Assembly: GCF_006345805.1 (NCBI RefSeq)
Contig: NW_021835338.1
Coordinates: 1-41,028, forward strand
Direction of reading: 5' to 3'
DNA: 41,028 nucleotides
DNA from: Octopus sinensis
Lineage: Eukaryota
Below are positions 12,185 through 24,900 of the stretch, in pieces. Made by a program: the position numbers and the translations under genes. The notes beneath the pieces were generated by a model. That model had not been told where the DNA came from, ran no database searches, and was given only the letters and a program-made list of their open reading frames with translations. Positions within the stretch are counted from its first letter, which is position 1. Every line of letters begins with the position of its first letter.

Positions 12185-12820
12185 TACTTATGCATATATG
12201 TGTGTATATGTATGCATATGTTTATGTACGTGTGTTTGCATATATATATATGTGTATATATACATACGCGTTGTACACATATAAGTGTATACATACGCAT
12301 ACCTATAGATGAATATATATGTTTATATGTATGTATAGATATGCGTTCAGATAAATATATATACATGCGGATGCATACAATTGCGTGTATATGTATGTAT
12401 ATGTTTATGTACGTGTGTTTGTATATATATATATATATATATATATGTGTATATATATATACATACGCGTTGTATACATATAAGTGTATACATACGCATA
12501 CCTATAGATGAATATATATGTTTTATATGTATGTATATATATGCTTTTATATGTATAGATATGCGTACAGATAAATATATATACATGCGGATGCATACAA
12601 TTGCGTGTATATGTATGTATATGTTTATGTACGTGTGTTTATATATATATATATATATGTGTATATATACATACGCATTGTATACATATAAGTGTATACA
12701 TACGCATACCTATAGATGAATATATATGTTTATATGTATGTATAGATATGCTTTTATATGTATAGACATGCGTACAGATAAATATATATATACATGCGGA
12801 TGCATACAATTGCGTGTACG
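12185..12820 (+). repeat. About three tandem copies of a ~200-bp TA/CA-rich unit
   Basis: CATACGCATACCTATAGATGAATATATATG and CAGATAAATATATATACATGCGGATGCATACAATTGCGTGTA each occur three times. Confidence 0.9.
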
Positions 12821-13229
12821 ACAAGTATGAATACAGACACACACAAACACACTCGCAAACACATACTCGTACACACACGCGCGCACACGCACACAAACGC
12901 GTGCACAAACTCACACGTCGATACACAGTTTTACCAAATCCACCAAACACCGTTTTGTGTGGCTGTGAACCCACCACAGCCCTATCCTGCGAACCTTAAC
13001 TCGACGACGGAATCTCTTCCTATCATATCCCATTGTCTGACATTTTGCCTCACAGACCTTGGCATTTCTACTGTTTCCGCTAGACGGCGCTTTAGTAAAA
13101 AAAAAGAAAAAAGAAAAGAAAAGCCGTTGACAGGAAGCTGCGATGCCCCTGGGATGGATGTGTTCAATTAGTTGTGCGCGAATCGACGTTAATTACCAAC
13201 CAACCTTTTGTCTAAAATACGGAATGGTG

Positions 13230-13553
13230 GAATGGTGGAATGGTGGTGGAGGTAGCGATGGTGGCGGTGGTGTACGTAGGTTGTGGTCGCGGTGGCAGAG
13301 GAGCTAGTGATGGTGGTGATGATGATGGTAATGATGATGGTGGTGGTGTAGGTGGTGGTGCTGGTGGTGGTGGTGGTGATGTTGATGGTGGTGGTGATAG
13401 TTGTGTAGGTGGTGGTGGCGGCGACGGCGGTGGCTGGGTGATTATTACTATAACGAAGAAGAAAGGAAGCAAGCTAGAAGGATAAGAAATGAAGAAACAA
13501 CATCAAGAAGAAGACGAAGAAGGATAATAATAATGATGGTAATGATGATGATG

Positions 13554-13593
<40 letters not shown>

Positions 13594-13683
13594 TAGTAGT
13601 AGTAGTAGTAATAATAATAATAATAACAATAATAATAATAATAGTAATAATAATAATAATAATAATATAACAATAGTAGTAGT

Positions 13684-13714
<31 letters not shown>

Positions 13715-13821
13715 TAGTAGTATTAATATAATAACAATAATAATATAATAATAATATAATAATAATAATAATAACAATAGTAGTAGTAGTAGTAATAATA
13801 ATAATAACAATAATAATAATA

Positions 13822-13854
<33 letters not shown>

Positions 13855-13855
13855 A

Positions 13856-13905
<50 letters not shown>

Positions 13906-13938
13906 TTAATAATAATAACAATAATAATAATAATAATA

Positions 13939-13980
<42 letters not shown>

Positions 13981-14045
13981 GTAATAATGATAATAATAAT
14001 AATAATAATAACAATAATAATAATAATAATAATGATAACTGTGTG
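13230..14045 (+). repeat. Compound (GGT)n/(TAA)n/(TAG)n microsatellite
   Basis: Direct inspection. Confidence 0.95.
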
Positions 14046-14439
14046 GTAATAAAAGCGACTCAAAGTAATTGCATATCACCATCAGCAATACGGATTATTG
14101 GTCACGACAAACAGTTCTTTGTCTCTCCTCCCTCCCTTCCTTCCTTCCTTCTTTTCTTCTTTCGCTTCTGTCTTTTTTTCTTTTTGTCCTTTTTTTTTGT
14201 GATGTGCTTGTCTTTGTCTTTTCTTTTCCTTGTCTTTTAGTTCCGTGATACCATTTCTGTCTCTTTCCCTCCTCCTCCTCCCGCCCCACCAAATCCTTGC
14301 AATGTTATGTTCTTCTGTTTTTCTCGTTTTTCTGTCGTCTGTAAATCTCTCTATGTATCTATCTGTCTATCTAATTATCTATCCATCTAACTTATCACTT
14401 TCTCTCTCTCTCTCTCTCTCTAGCCCTCACCCTCTCTCC

Positions 14440-14475
<36 letters not shown>

Positions 14476-14899
14476 CAACGTATTTTCGTTCATACACCCA
14501 TGCACATATATACACTCAGTCAACCTAGCGTTGAATAAAAATGTTGAATGCAACTTTCGTTGATTCACCCACTAATCTATTCACCCACAAATCATGTATG
14601 TATGTATGTATCTATGTATGCATGTTTGTGTATGTATGTATGCATGTAGATATGCATGTATGTGTGTATGTATGTGTGTACGCATATGTATGTATGTATG
14701 CACGCATGCATTTATGTATGTATGTCTCTGTGTATACATTTATGTACGTATGAGTGTACGTATGTACGTATGTATGTGTATACCTCCCTCTCTCCTCCAA
14801 CTCTCTGTCTTTCTGCCTCTTTTGCCCCCTCTCTCCTCATCTGTCCCTCTCTCTCACTCCGTCTCTCTCTCTCTCTCTGTATACACACACACACGCACG

Positions 14900-14930
<31 letters not shown>

Positions 14931-14944
14931 ATACACACACATAT

Positions 14945-15168
<224 letters not shown>

Positions 15169-15200
15169 AATTTCTTTCGAAATTTGATCTCTTAGTACAC

Positions 15201-15310
15201 ATAAAGCTATAAGTAACAGCGTATAAATATTGGGTTGTAAAGGCATTTTCGATGAAAAAATGTCCAAGAATTTCAACCCAATAATTATATGCTATTATCT
15301 ATAGCTTTAT
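15201..15310. repeat. Degenerate 110-bp hairpin (MITE-like remnant)
   Basis: ATAAAGCTATA..TATTGGGTTG pairs with CAACCCAATA..TATAGCTTTAT. Confidence 0.65.
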
Positions 15311-15644
15311 CCAGCTTCAAAACAGAATTATTCCACGTTTCCTTGAATATTTATAAAATCTTATGACGTCAACAACATACATATGAGCGTGTGTGTGTGT
15401 GTGTGTGTGTGTGTTGTGTGTGTGTGAGTGTGTTTGTGTGTGTGTGTGTGTGAATTTCCGTGTGTGTGTGTCTGGCTCATAATTCTGGTTTCCCGAATTC
15501 TGTGGCGTATAATTTCTCGCCGTTGACGGGACGCCAGTCAGGCTCCGGTCGTTGCAGCGTTACTAATTTTTACTTTTGTGTTTTGGCTGCTACCACTTGA
15601 CGACCTGTGTTGGTTTGTCTACGTCCCTGTAATCTAGCGGTTCC

Positions 15645-15882
15645 TTAAAACGAGCTGGCAGAATCGTTAGCATGCCGGGTGAAATGCTTAGCGGTATTTC
15701 GTCTGCCGCTACGTTCTGAGTTCAAATTCCGCCGAGGTCGACTTTGCCTTTCGTCCTTTCGGGGTCGATTAAATAAGTACCAGTTACGCACTGGGGTCGA
15801 TATAATCGACTTAATCCGTTTGTCTGTCCTTGTTTGTCCTCTCTGTGTTTAGCCCCTTGTGGGTAGTAAAGAAATAGGTTCC
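15645..15882 (+). mobile_element. SINE family B monomer
   Basis: GAGCTGGCAGAATCGTTAGC head, B-box GAGTTCAAATTCC, core, and tail to GTAAAGAAATAGG. Confidence 0.88.
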
Positions 15883-16620
15883 TTAAAATATACCGATTGA
15901 ATACCTATCAGACTAAAATAAATAAATAATAAATAAATAAATAAATAAAAACAAAAAATCCGGAGAACATAAATAATGATTTTGATTTGATCGAATAAAC
16001 TCTTCAAAGCGTGCTGCCCCAGCATGGCCGCCACAGTCTATTGATTGAAAGCGATAAAAGAATAAAAGAACAAAAGAACGCAAAGCAATGCAAAAATGGT
16101 AAACTTTTACAGAAATGTATAAAATTACTCTCAGCGATGGGGAATTTTTTAAATGTAGTCTTTTTTTTTTTTGTTTGCTCTCGTTTCTGGCGATGTCTGA
16201 GATTAGTCTTCAACTTCTCTTGGAAACTCGACTTTTAACTAAAGAAATGTGTCAACAGTATCATGAGATTTCGCATTCTAAATTTCCTCACGTTCAACGT
16301 TGACTAAGGTTAAAGCCGACTGTCTTTGTTGGTTGATTGACTCTCTCAAATACGATCAGATCAATTTCATTATAATGACATGGTCAGATATAAGATTAGT
16401 AAAGAAATCTTGGATTTGTAAGATATACAATATTTGATGTGCGGTATCTCTCCCGTGTTGACATCGATCGCATTAAATGATCTGTTATTTCTCCCAATGT
16501 TGTTACCTACAACGCTAATTTATTGCCAAACGCCGCAGAGTGCCCACTGTCCATTGTACCTCTGCGTTCCTAACTTGTATCCGCCTTACCCCAAATGACC
16601 TTCTAAAATACCATAACTTA

Positions 16621-16750
16621 CCTATTTCTTTACTACACACAGAGGGGACAAACAAGGACAGACACACGGATTAAGTCAATTAAGTGCGTAACTGGTACTT
16701 AATTTTATCGACCCCGAAAGGATGAAAGGCAAAGTCGACCTCGGCGGAAT
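16621..16750 (-). mobile_element. SINE family B fragment
   Basis: Core and tail, reverse complement. Confidence 0.75.
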
Positions 16751-16852
16751 AACTTACCATCGCAACAGATTACCATTCTAACGGACCATTTAAGAGATGA
16801 GGAATTATGTACATTATTTACATTCGACAGATATTTGTCCTTGTTTGTTGTT

Positions 16853-16898
16853 AACATAGCGTTTCGGCCGATATACCCTCCAGCCTTCATCAGGTGTC
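16853..16898 (-). ncRNA. Degenerate minimal hammerhead fold
   Basis: Minus strand: GACAC-CTGATGA-A-GGCTG-(10 nt)-CGGCC-GAAA-CGCT-ATGTT. Two substitutions (CGCTA instead of CGTTG) break the cleavage triplet and the first stem I pair. Confidence 0.55.
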
Positions 16899-16919
16899 TT
16901 GGGGAAATTTTGAACCGTT

Positions 16920-16992
16920 GGCATATGGCGTAGTGGTTAAGAGCGCGGGCTACTACCCCCAAGATTCCGAGTTCGATTCCAAGCAGTGACCT
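16920..16992 (+). other. tRNA-derived Pol III head (third SINE-like family), not an intact tRNA
   Basis: A box TGGCGTAGTGG (16926-16936) and B box GAGTTCGATTCC (16969-16980). The acceptor stem does not pair. Confidence 0.75.
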
Positions 16993-17004
16993 GAACACTA
17001 ATAG

Positions 17005-17095
<91 letters not shown>

Positions 17096-17096
<1 letters not shown>

Positions 17097-17568
17097 CAGT
17101 ACCAGGCAGTGGCTCTCAAGGCTTCTGATCTTAATTGATTGGAAGTGTTATCTTGTACATTATTTTGTCTTAGTATAAAAGATGGGCTACAGCAAATATT
17201 CTGCTCAATACCACAGATTTGCTTGTCAGCTGTTTGACCTTTACCAGTTGATCATGTCCCTTAGAGGCTAACGATATGTACATCTCTGATCACGAGCAGA
17301 AGTAGTGGGGGAGCATCATAGCCATGTGTTGAAAGGAATTCTTAGAGTTTTGGATAATTCACCTCTGGAAACATGGGTGGTTCGTGCAACAGCCTTAAAC
17401 AATCTTTATTCAGAGACCTTTTGAGCGGGATGGGTTACTCGACCATGGGTTACTGGGCCCCACCTGCAAGGTCATGCGCTGTTTATCTTAATATGCGCTC
17501 ACCATGTCGCGCATATATGGTTGTGATGCATGTGCCTGGTGTACCCTTATCAGACGGGTAGTCATGAT
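17096..17568 (+). repeat. Non-coding ~520-bp interspersed element, copy 2
   Basis: Same sequence family. Starts immediately after (AAT)n, and the right end is replaced by a SINE. Confidence 0.9.
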
Positions 17569-17589
17569 CCCGGGTTCATGAGGTGGGAA

Positions 17590-17758
17590 TGAGTCGATTA
17601 CATAGACCCCAGGACTCAACTGGTACTTAACTTATCGAACCCGATAGGATGAAAGGTAAAGTCGACCTCGGCGGAATTTGAACTCAGAAGGTAGCGACGG
17701 GCGAAATACCACTATGTAATTTGCCTGGCGTGCTAATGATTCTGCCATCTCACCACCT
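17590..17758 (-). mobile_element. SINE family B copy
   Basis: Head and core, reverse complement. Confidence 0.8.
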
Positions 17759-17760
17759 TC

Positions 17761-17799
<39 letters not shown>

Positions 17800-17845
17800 T
17801 AATAATAATAACAACAACAACAACAATACAATAACAACAATAATG

Positions 17846-17909
<64 letters not shown>

Positions 17910-17912
<3 letters not shown>

Positions 17913-18227
17913 ACAATAGGAATATACAAGACGTTAAGGATAATACAGCATCGTGGGCATGACTTGAGCGAGGTGATTTGAAGCGTACCACCAAAAGCCT
18001 GATCATTGCTGCACAAGGTCAGGCTCTCGATACAAATTCAGTGAAGTGTGGAAAGAGTGTGGAAAATGTGTGTGGAAAAAGAGTATGGAAAATGTGACCC
18101 ACTGGGTAAGTGGATGTGAGAGAACTGGTATAAGCATGTACCAAGTAAAGTTACGCAGGCAGATGGAAAAGTAACGATACTCTAGGACTATGATTTCAAG
18201 ACGGATCGTGTAATCGAACACAACCGG
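17910..18227 (+). pseudogene. Fragment of an R4/Dong-like LINE, a different family from the 10.2-11.8 kb copy
   Basis: Manual translation *LERGDLKRTTKSLIIAAQGQALDTNSVK ... [34 protein letters not shown], parallel to IAAQDQ and WYRHTPEKV..TILWD..TDREIKANRPD in the 10.5-11.1 kb ORF. Begins directly after (TAA)n. Confidence 0.75.
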
Positions 18228-18987
18228 CTGCAGACCACCAAACAGACACTATGAACTTCTATTGGGTGCATCTTTGGCTTCGGGAAGTGCCGTGGAGCTT
18301 CGTCGGCGTCCAACCACTGAGCTGAGCGTCGCCGGTTGTCGTAAAGAATCCACTTTTCATCGCAAGTAACAATCTGGTCAAGAAACAGGTCGTTTGTTGT
18401 TGCGTAAAAGAAGGGAAGACAACACTTCAAAACGGCGTTTTTTGGGGGGGTTGTCGTTCAATTCGTGCGTATCCCATTTCTCAAGTATATATGCTTTTCC
18501 AATCTCTTTCAAGTGGTTAGAAATTGTCGTATACGTTACCTCTAATTCAGAAGCAAGCTCTCGAATAGTTGTGCGTGGACTGGCTTCGACTAAGGCTCTT
18601 AGTTGGTCGTTGTCAACATCTGATGGCCGACCACTACGCTTATCATCTTCAAGACTTTCTTGAACCACCATTGTGCTGTAAGTTCATTAGTAGTTCCTGG
18701 GCCAAATGCATCGTTGATATCGCGAACTGTTTCAGCAGCTTTTCGGCCTAGCTTGAACTGGAATAAGAAAATTGTGCGAATTTGCTTTTTGTCCATGTTG
18801 TATTCAACGTTCCGGAAAAAATGGCCTAATTATTCAAAAAGTAAAAGAGTATCACGATTAGATAGAGCGATAAACGGGCTTTAAAATGATGTATAAAGTC
18901 AAACTAATTTAATGAAAATTAATTTGAAAATGCATAATTTAAAATCAAAATGAAAAATGCCGCAAGAACTTTCTTGACACCTTAATA
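18222..18987 (-). mobile_element. Mariner transposon, Hsmar1/SETMAR-like (cecropia-type), 5' half only
   Basis: [72 protein letters not shown] and VWWSAAG across frameshifts. Mariner-like TIR (TA)TTAAGGTGTCAAGAAAGTTCTTGCG at about 18961-18987 on the minus strand. Confidence 0.9.
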
Positions 18988-19007
18988 TAAAAATAGTTTC
19001 TAAATAT

Positions 19008-19402
19008 TCGTTTCTACTCTAGGCACAAGGCCCGAAATTTTGGAGGAGGGGGGTCAGTCGATTAGATTGACCCCAGTACGCAACTGGTACTTAATTTATC
19101 GACCACGGAAGGATGAAAGGCAAAGTCGGCCTCGGCGGAATTTGAACTCAGAACATAAGGACAGATGAAATACCTATTTCTTTACTACCCACAAGGGGCT
19201 AAACACAGAGAGGTCAAAGGACAGACAAACGGATTATGTCGATTATATCGACCCCAGTGCGTAACTGGTACTTATTGAATCGACCCCGAAAGGATGAAAG
19301 GAAAAGTCGACCTCAGCGGAATTTGAACTCAGAACGTAGCGGCAGATGAAATACTGCTAAGCATTTCGCCCAGCGTGCTAACGTTTCTGCCAGCTCACCG
19401 TC
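19008..19402 (-). mobile_element. SINE family B, full dimer
   Basis: Same dimeric layout as 9530-9910. Confidence 0.88.
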
Positions 19403-19924
19403 TTACTAGTTTCTAAATATTGAATATCCATGGGAGTCCATCAGAGTAAGACAGCCATGAACAGTGTCCATATGTAAAGACGGTTCAGGACCATTGACAT
19501 GTACGAGTATTTTGTTGCTTCGTCAAGCGGCCGCATGTTCCTACGCAGGAAGCTAAAAGCCATACGACAGCATGTCCAATATGCGGATATATTTTACTGT
19601 CGTTTGCTCAATCAGAGAAAGACAATTGAAGACGGAAAGAAAATGACTTATCGATCACTTGGCGAAGAAACGACGAGTAAACATGAAACAAGCATGAAAT
19701 GGGTTTATGTGTTGTCGGCGAAAGAAAGATCTTCGCAACAAAATCTGAAAACACGAAACTGACAATAAATAAATAAATAAAATAAAATATCTTTTCTTGC
19801 AACATTGTATCTGCATATGGACATATGTATATATATATATATATTATATATATATATATATATAATATATATATATATATACACATATATACACACACAC
19901 ACATATATATATTATATAATATAT

Positions 19925-19979
<55 letters not shown>

Positions 19980-19980
19980 T

Positions 19981-20031
<51 letters not shown>

Positions 20032-20102
20032 TGTTTCTTTATTAGCCACACAGGGCTGCACACAGATAGAACAAATTACAAGGTAGAGCTTTTCTTTTGA
20101 GG

Positions 20103-20142
<40 letters not shown>

Positions 20143-20204
20143 GGAAGGGGGAGGTTCGATCAAAAGGGATCGTAAAAGGAGAGAAAGAGGACAAAAAAAA
20201 AGGG

Positions 20205-20241
<37 letters not shown>

Positions 20242-20249
20242 GGAGAGGG

Positions 20250-20284
<35 letters not shown>

Positions 20285-20410
20285 ATCAATAGGGATCGTT
20301 ATCACAGAAATGTCAATATGAAGTGTAAAGGGGAGGACAGGTGAGGTTTACCCGTGGAAAGAAAAGCCTACGGAAAAGACCACGGTAACCTCGGTCAATG
20401 AAGTCACATT

Positions 20411-20443
<33 letters not shown>

Positions 20444-22577
20444 GCAAATAAGTAACTCTCTGTTTTCGATTTCTGGGTTCATAGGACTATGCTCAAGGTG
20501 GCTTCGTCATTCATACGTGCCATTCTTGCAACATTCACCCATCTTTTTTAAAACATTCGCTAGACAAAACTTGCCTCTCTACTCTCACTTTCCTTTTCAA
20601 GTGGTACTTGAAGAAGTTGATGAGAGATTGACCAGAGAGGAAAGGTTTGTCTCCAATCCTTTCAGACGCGTCCACCAGATACATTCTTTCGCCATAGCCA
20701 CAAGGATGATGAAAATAGCTCTTCCTTCCCGTTTGAAGGAAGGAGGCGTGACAATATTGACGATAGACTCAGCTGAGATAAACCGACTCGTCCCACACGT
20801 GACAGCAGTTGTTCGACATAAGCCCACAGGTCGGAAATTGTTGGACACTGAACGAGTGCGTGCAGAACGGTTTCGTCGCTCTGACCGCATCTCGGGCAGG
20901 TCGGCCCCGTGTTTCTCGAGCCGTGTCTGTAGAGCTTATCCCGAACGGGTAGCGCTTCTCGGTAGCACTGCCAGGCCAGGATCTCTGGAAGTTGTCCATG
21001 GGCCCTGGCCCGAAAGTCGTCCCGAACAGGCGGGTCAGGTACTCCTCGTCGACGTCCAGGTTCGCCCCCGAGCTCGTCGTCGTACCTCCCCTCCACTAAA
21101 CCCCTATAGAATGCTTTGGTTGTGTGTGAAGTCACTTAAGGTCGACCCAGGACGGCAGACTTGCTTGAGAGCAACGCGACACTCGCGGTGCCATTCGCCC
21201 TTCCTCGGCCTCTTTTGATCCACGACTGCAGTTCGGTCATGGAGACGAGCTGCGGGAAAGCGTGCCTCACAAACGGCGACCACACTGTTCACCGTCGTCT
21301 ACATAGAGCCAGAGATGTCGCAGTCTCAGCGCGTGTCTGCGCATCATCACAAACACGGCATGCCCAGCCCTCCTTTTAACGGGGTTGACAGCAAATGGAT
21401 CGCCTGACCATCGGGACGCATCTTTCCACAAGAAGCGAAAGAGGATGCGTTGTAGTTTGGTGATGGTAGGGTCGGGACAAGGTACGACGGTCAGGCGGTA
21501 GTAGATGACGGACGCGATGTACGTGTTCGCCACCTCCGCTCGACCTTTTAGGGACAGTTTCCTCTCGGCCCATTGCCGGGCGAGAGTCACCACCCTACTC
21601 GTTATCTCGTTCCAGTTCTTCTCCACTTGGAGGTCCGGACCAAACCAGACCCCGAGCAACTCAACCGGGCCGTCGGTCCAGCGTCCCACGACGGAGGCGC
21701 TGGTGGACGGCATGGGCTTGCTTCTCCAGGTGCCTAGTCGCAAGCCCACTGACTTTTCCCGGTTGATTTCGCTCCTGTCACCGCTTCGTAGTTTTCAGTG
21801 TCTCGCCGACCAGCTCGATGTGCTCGTGGCTAACACTATGACCGTGACGTCGTCCGCGTATGCAGACACGCTCGTCCCGCATCCCAATTCTCGCGGGATG
21901 CCCCTTAGAGTCGCCAGCTTCGCAGTAGTGGCTCAAGAGTCAATACGTATAGAAGCGCCGAGAGGGGGCATCCCTGACGGACCGAACGTGCAATGTCGAA
22001 AGGTCTCGATAGATGTCCATTTACGCGAATTACCGAACAACGGATGCCTCTGTACAAGGCAGCTATCCAGCCGCGGAAGACGGGACCGAAACCAGCCGCT
22101 CTCAGGACTGCCTCCAAGTATCGATGGTCCACCCTATCAAAGGCTTTTGATTGATCCAAGTTGATCAGGGCCCCACCCATGCCAGGTTCGTTAAATACCC
22201 TGTCTATGATGTAGCGCATCAGATGGAGGTTGTCATGGATGGTCCGGCCTGGCACGGCGCATGTTTGCGCCTTGTCGACCAGTTTCTCGATGACAAGCGC
22301 CAACCTCTTGGCTAGCACCTTGGCCAAAATTTTCAAGTCTGCATTAAGCAGAGTGATGGCCTAAAGTTATCTATTACATTTCCCTTGTTTAGATCTTTCT
22401 TCAGCAGTGTTACGGCTCCTCGGCTCACAAAACCAGGAATGCTCCCGTTTTGCTGCCAGTTGCAGTACACCGCCGCCAAGAGATCTCCAAACAAGTCTGG
22501 CATACAATTGTAAAGCTCGTAGGGTAGACCATCCAAACCCGGTGATTTGTCCCTCGAGCATTCTGCCATCGCTTATG
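20032..22577 (-). mobile_element. 5'-truncated Tx1/L1-clade non-LTR retrotransposon (RT plus zf-RVT), frameshifted, with U-rich 3'UTR
   Basis: ORF pieces KSPGLDGLPYELY..NFRP (22333-22569), KILAKVLAKRL..LDQSKAFDRVDH..VRQGCPLSALLYVLTLEPLL (21905-22336), LLGVWFG..ERKLSLKGRAEVANTYIASVIYY (21267-21749), CPRCGQSDETVLHALVQC (20662-21135). Visibly GC-richer than the flanks. Ends at AATAAAGAAACA followed by (TATC)n. Confidence 0.92.
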
Positions 22578-22599
22578 GATAGGTAGGTAGATAGATAGG

Positions 22600-22642
<43 letters not shown>

Positions 22643-22726
22643 ATTGATAGATGGGTGAAAATATGCATATATGTATGTACGTATATAAACCTATATACTT
22701 GTGCGTGCATGCATGTGTGTGTGTGA

Positions 22727-22766
<40 letters not shown>

Positions 22767-22948
22767 TACATTCATACGAACGCATATGCACACATTGTAT
22801 TGCTGTAAAATTTTGCTTATTATATATAACACACAAACTGCCATATTCATCCTCACATCTTTATGTAAGCATATGCTGTGTAATATGTGTGCCATATAAA
22901 CACACATATACACGCATGCGTAAACATACATATACACACAGATATATG

Positions 22949-22982
<34 letters not shown>

Positions 22983-23262
22983 TAGATAGATACAAATGTA
23001 TATATATGGATATATATGTATATGTATATATCATCTATATTTGTATATTTGTTTACTTATATAAATTTGTATATATGTATGTATATACGTAGTGTGGTGT
23101 GTGTATGTTGTTGGCGGGTGTATAATGTTACGTTAAAGAAGAGCATATCAGCAACATGAGGATGTTTCTTAGGAGGATTATCTTAATCTCTTCTGACTCA
23201 AGAAGATCAGGAGGTCTTAGATTCTCGCTCGATACGATAAAATAACGTCTTCTATTTTGCAG

Positions 23263-23770
23263 AAATGTCACCAACGCCCAACACTACCACCGCCACCACC
23301 GCCGCCACTGCCACCGCCACCGCTGCCGCCACCACTACGACTGCCACCGGTGCTGCAGCTGCTGCTGATACTACTACTACTACTTACTACTACTACTACT
23401 ACTACTACTACCAACCTCACACTACAACTGCTACTATCACCACCACCTACCCCACCACTTACCACCACTATCACCACCACAACAACCACCGAACCACCAC
23501 AACAACCACCGAACCACCACCTCCACTACTACCATCACTACTACTACTGCTACTACTATACTACTACTACTACTACTACTACTAACGTCATACTACAACT
23601 GCTACTATCACCACCACCAACCACCTACAACCACCACTACCACCAACACAACCGCCACAGCAACTACCACCACCACTACCAACCTCACACAACACCTGCT
23701 ACTATCACCACCACCTACCACCACCACTTACCACCACCACTACCACAACCACCACCACCACTACCACCAT

Positions 23771-23844
<74 letters not shown>

Positions 23845-23893
23845 TTACTACTATTACTACTACTATTACTACTACTACAACTACTACTACTAT

Positions 23894-23937
<44 letters not shown>

Positions 23938-24900
23938 TTACTACTACTACAACAACAACTACTATTACTACTACTACTACTATCATCAAGTTATTATCAG
24001 CACCACAAGTGTCATCGCCCAAACTAGTATTTTGCCTACCACTACTACCACTCTCATAACGACTGCAACATCACCACCACCACCACCACCACAATCACTA
24101 CTATAACTACCACCGACACTGTAACCTCTATCACCATAACGACCCATATCACTCCTGATCCCACCACTACCACCACCACTACCATTATAATGCCTATCAA
24201 CTATCGCTGTTTCAATAACCACACCACCACCACCACCACTATCACCACAACCTCACCACAATCACTATTACACCACCACTGTTAGTATACTGTTACTAAG
24301 AGCATCACCACCATCATCGCTAATATCACTACCAACGCCGCCAACACCACCGCCACCGCCAACACCACCGCCACCGCCAACACCACCATCGTCGTCGCCA
24401 CCGTCACCGCCAACACCACCATTGCCGTCTCCACCAACACCACGACCACCGCCGCCGCCGTCGGCGCCAACATCACAAATACCACCACCGCCACCGTTGC
24501 CAATACAACAACCACCACCGCTGCCAACACCACAACCACCACCATCGCCGTCGCCGCCAACACCACAACCACCACCGCCGCCGACATCACAACTACCACC
24601 GCCGCCACCGCCACCAACACTACAACCACCACCGCCGCCGCTGTGGCCGCCAACACCACAACCACCACCATCGCCGCCGCCGCCAACACCACAACCACCA
24701 CCGCCGCCGACATCACAACTACCACCGCCGCCGACATCACAACCACCACCGCCGCCGACATCACAACCACCACCGCCGCCGACATCACAACTACCACCGC
24801 CGCCACCGCCACCAACACTACAACCACCACCACCGCCGCCGCTGTCGACGCCAACACCACAACTACTGCCGCCGTCGTCTCCATTAGAAAGGAGCAACAA
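23263..24900 (+). repeat. ACC/ACT/GCC trinucleotide low-complexity array with internal minisatellite units
   Basis: Repeated ACCACCGCCGCCGACATCACAAC units (24570-24800) and duplicated CTACCAACCTCACAC blocks. Confidence 0.9.

Noticed and set aside
12900-13200. Complex-sequence segment with short ORFs on both strands
   Set aside because: No recognisable domain or consistent splice structure.
16530-16575. Minus frame YNGQWALCGVW resembling an SRCR motif
   Set aside because: Wrong spacing, flanking stops, and no other SRCR residues.
16920-16992. tRNA gene
   Set aside because: A and B boxes are present, but the acceptor stem does not pair and the anticodon arm is irregular. It is SINE-like.
20105-20445. 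Poly(A)/poly(T) runs as LINE poly(A) tail or processed pseudogene
   Set aside because: They are internal to the Tx1 3'UTR. The element continues to the AATAAAGAAACA-(TATC)n junction.
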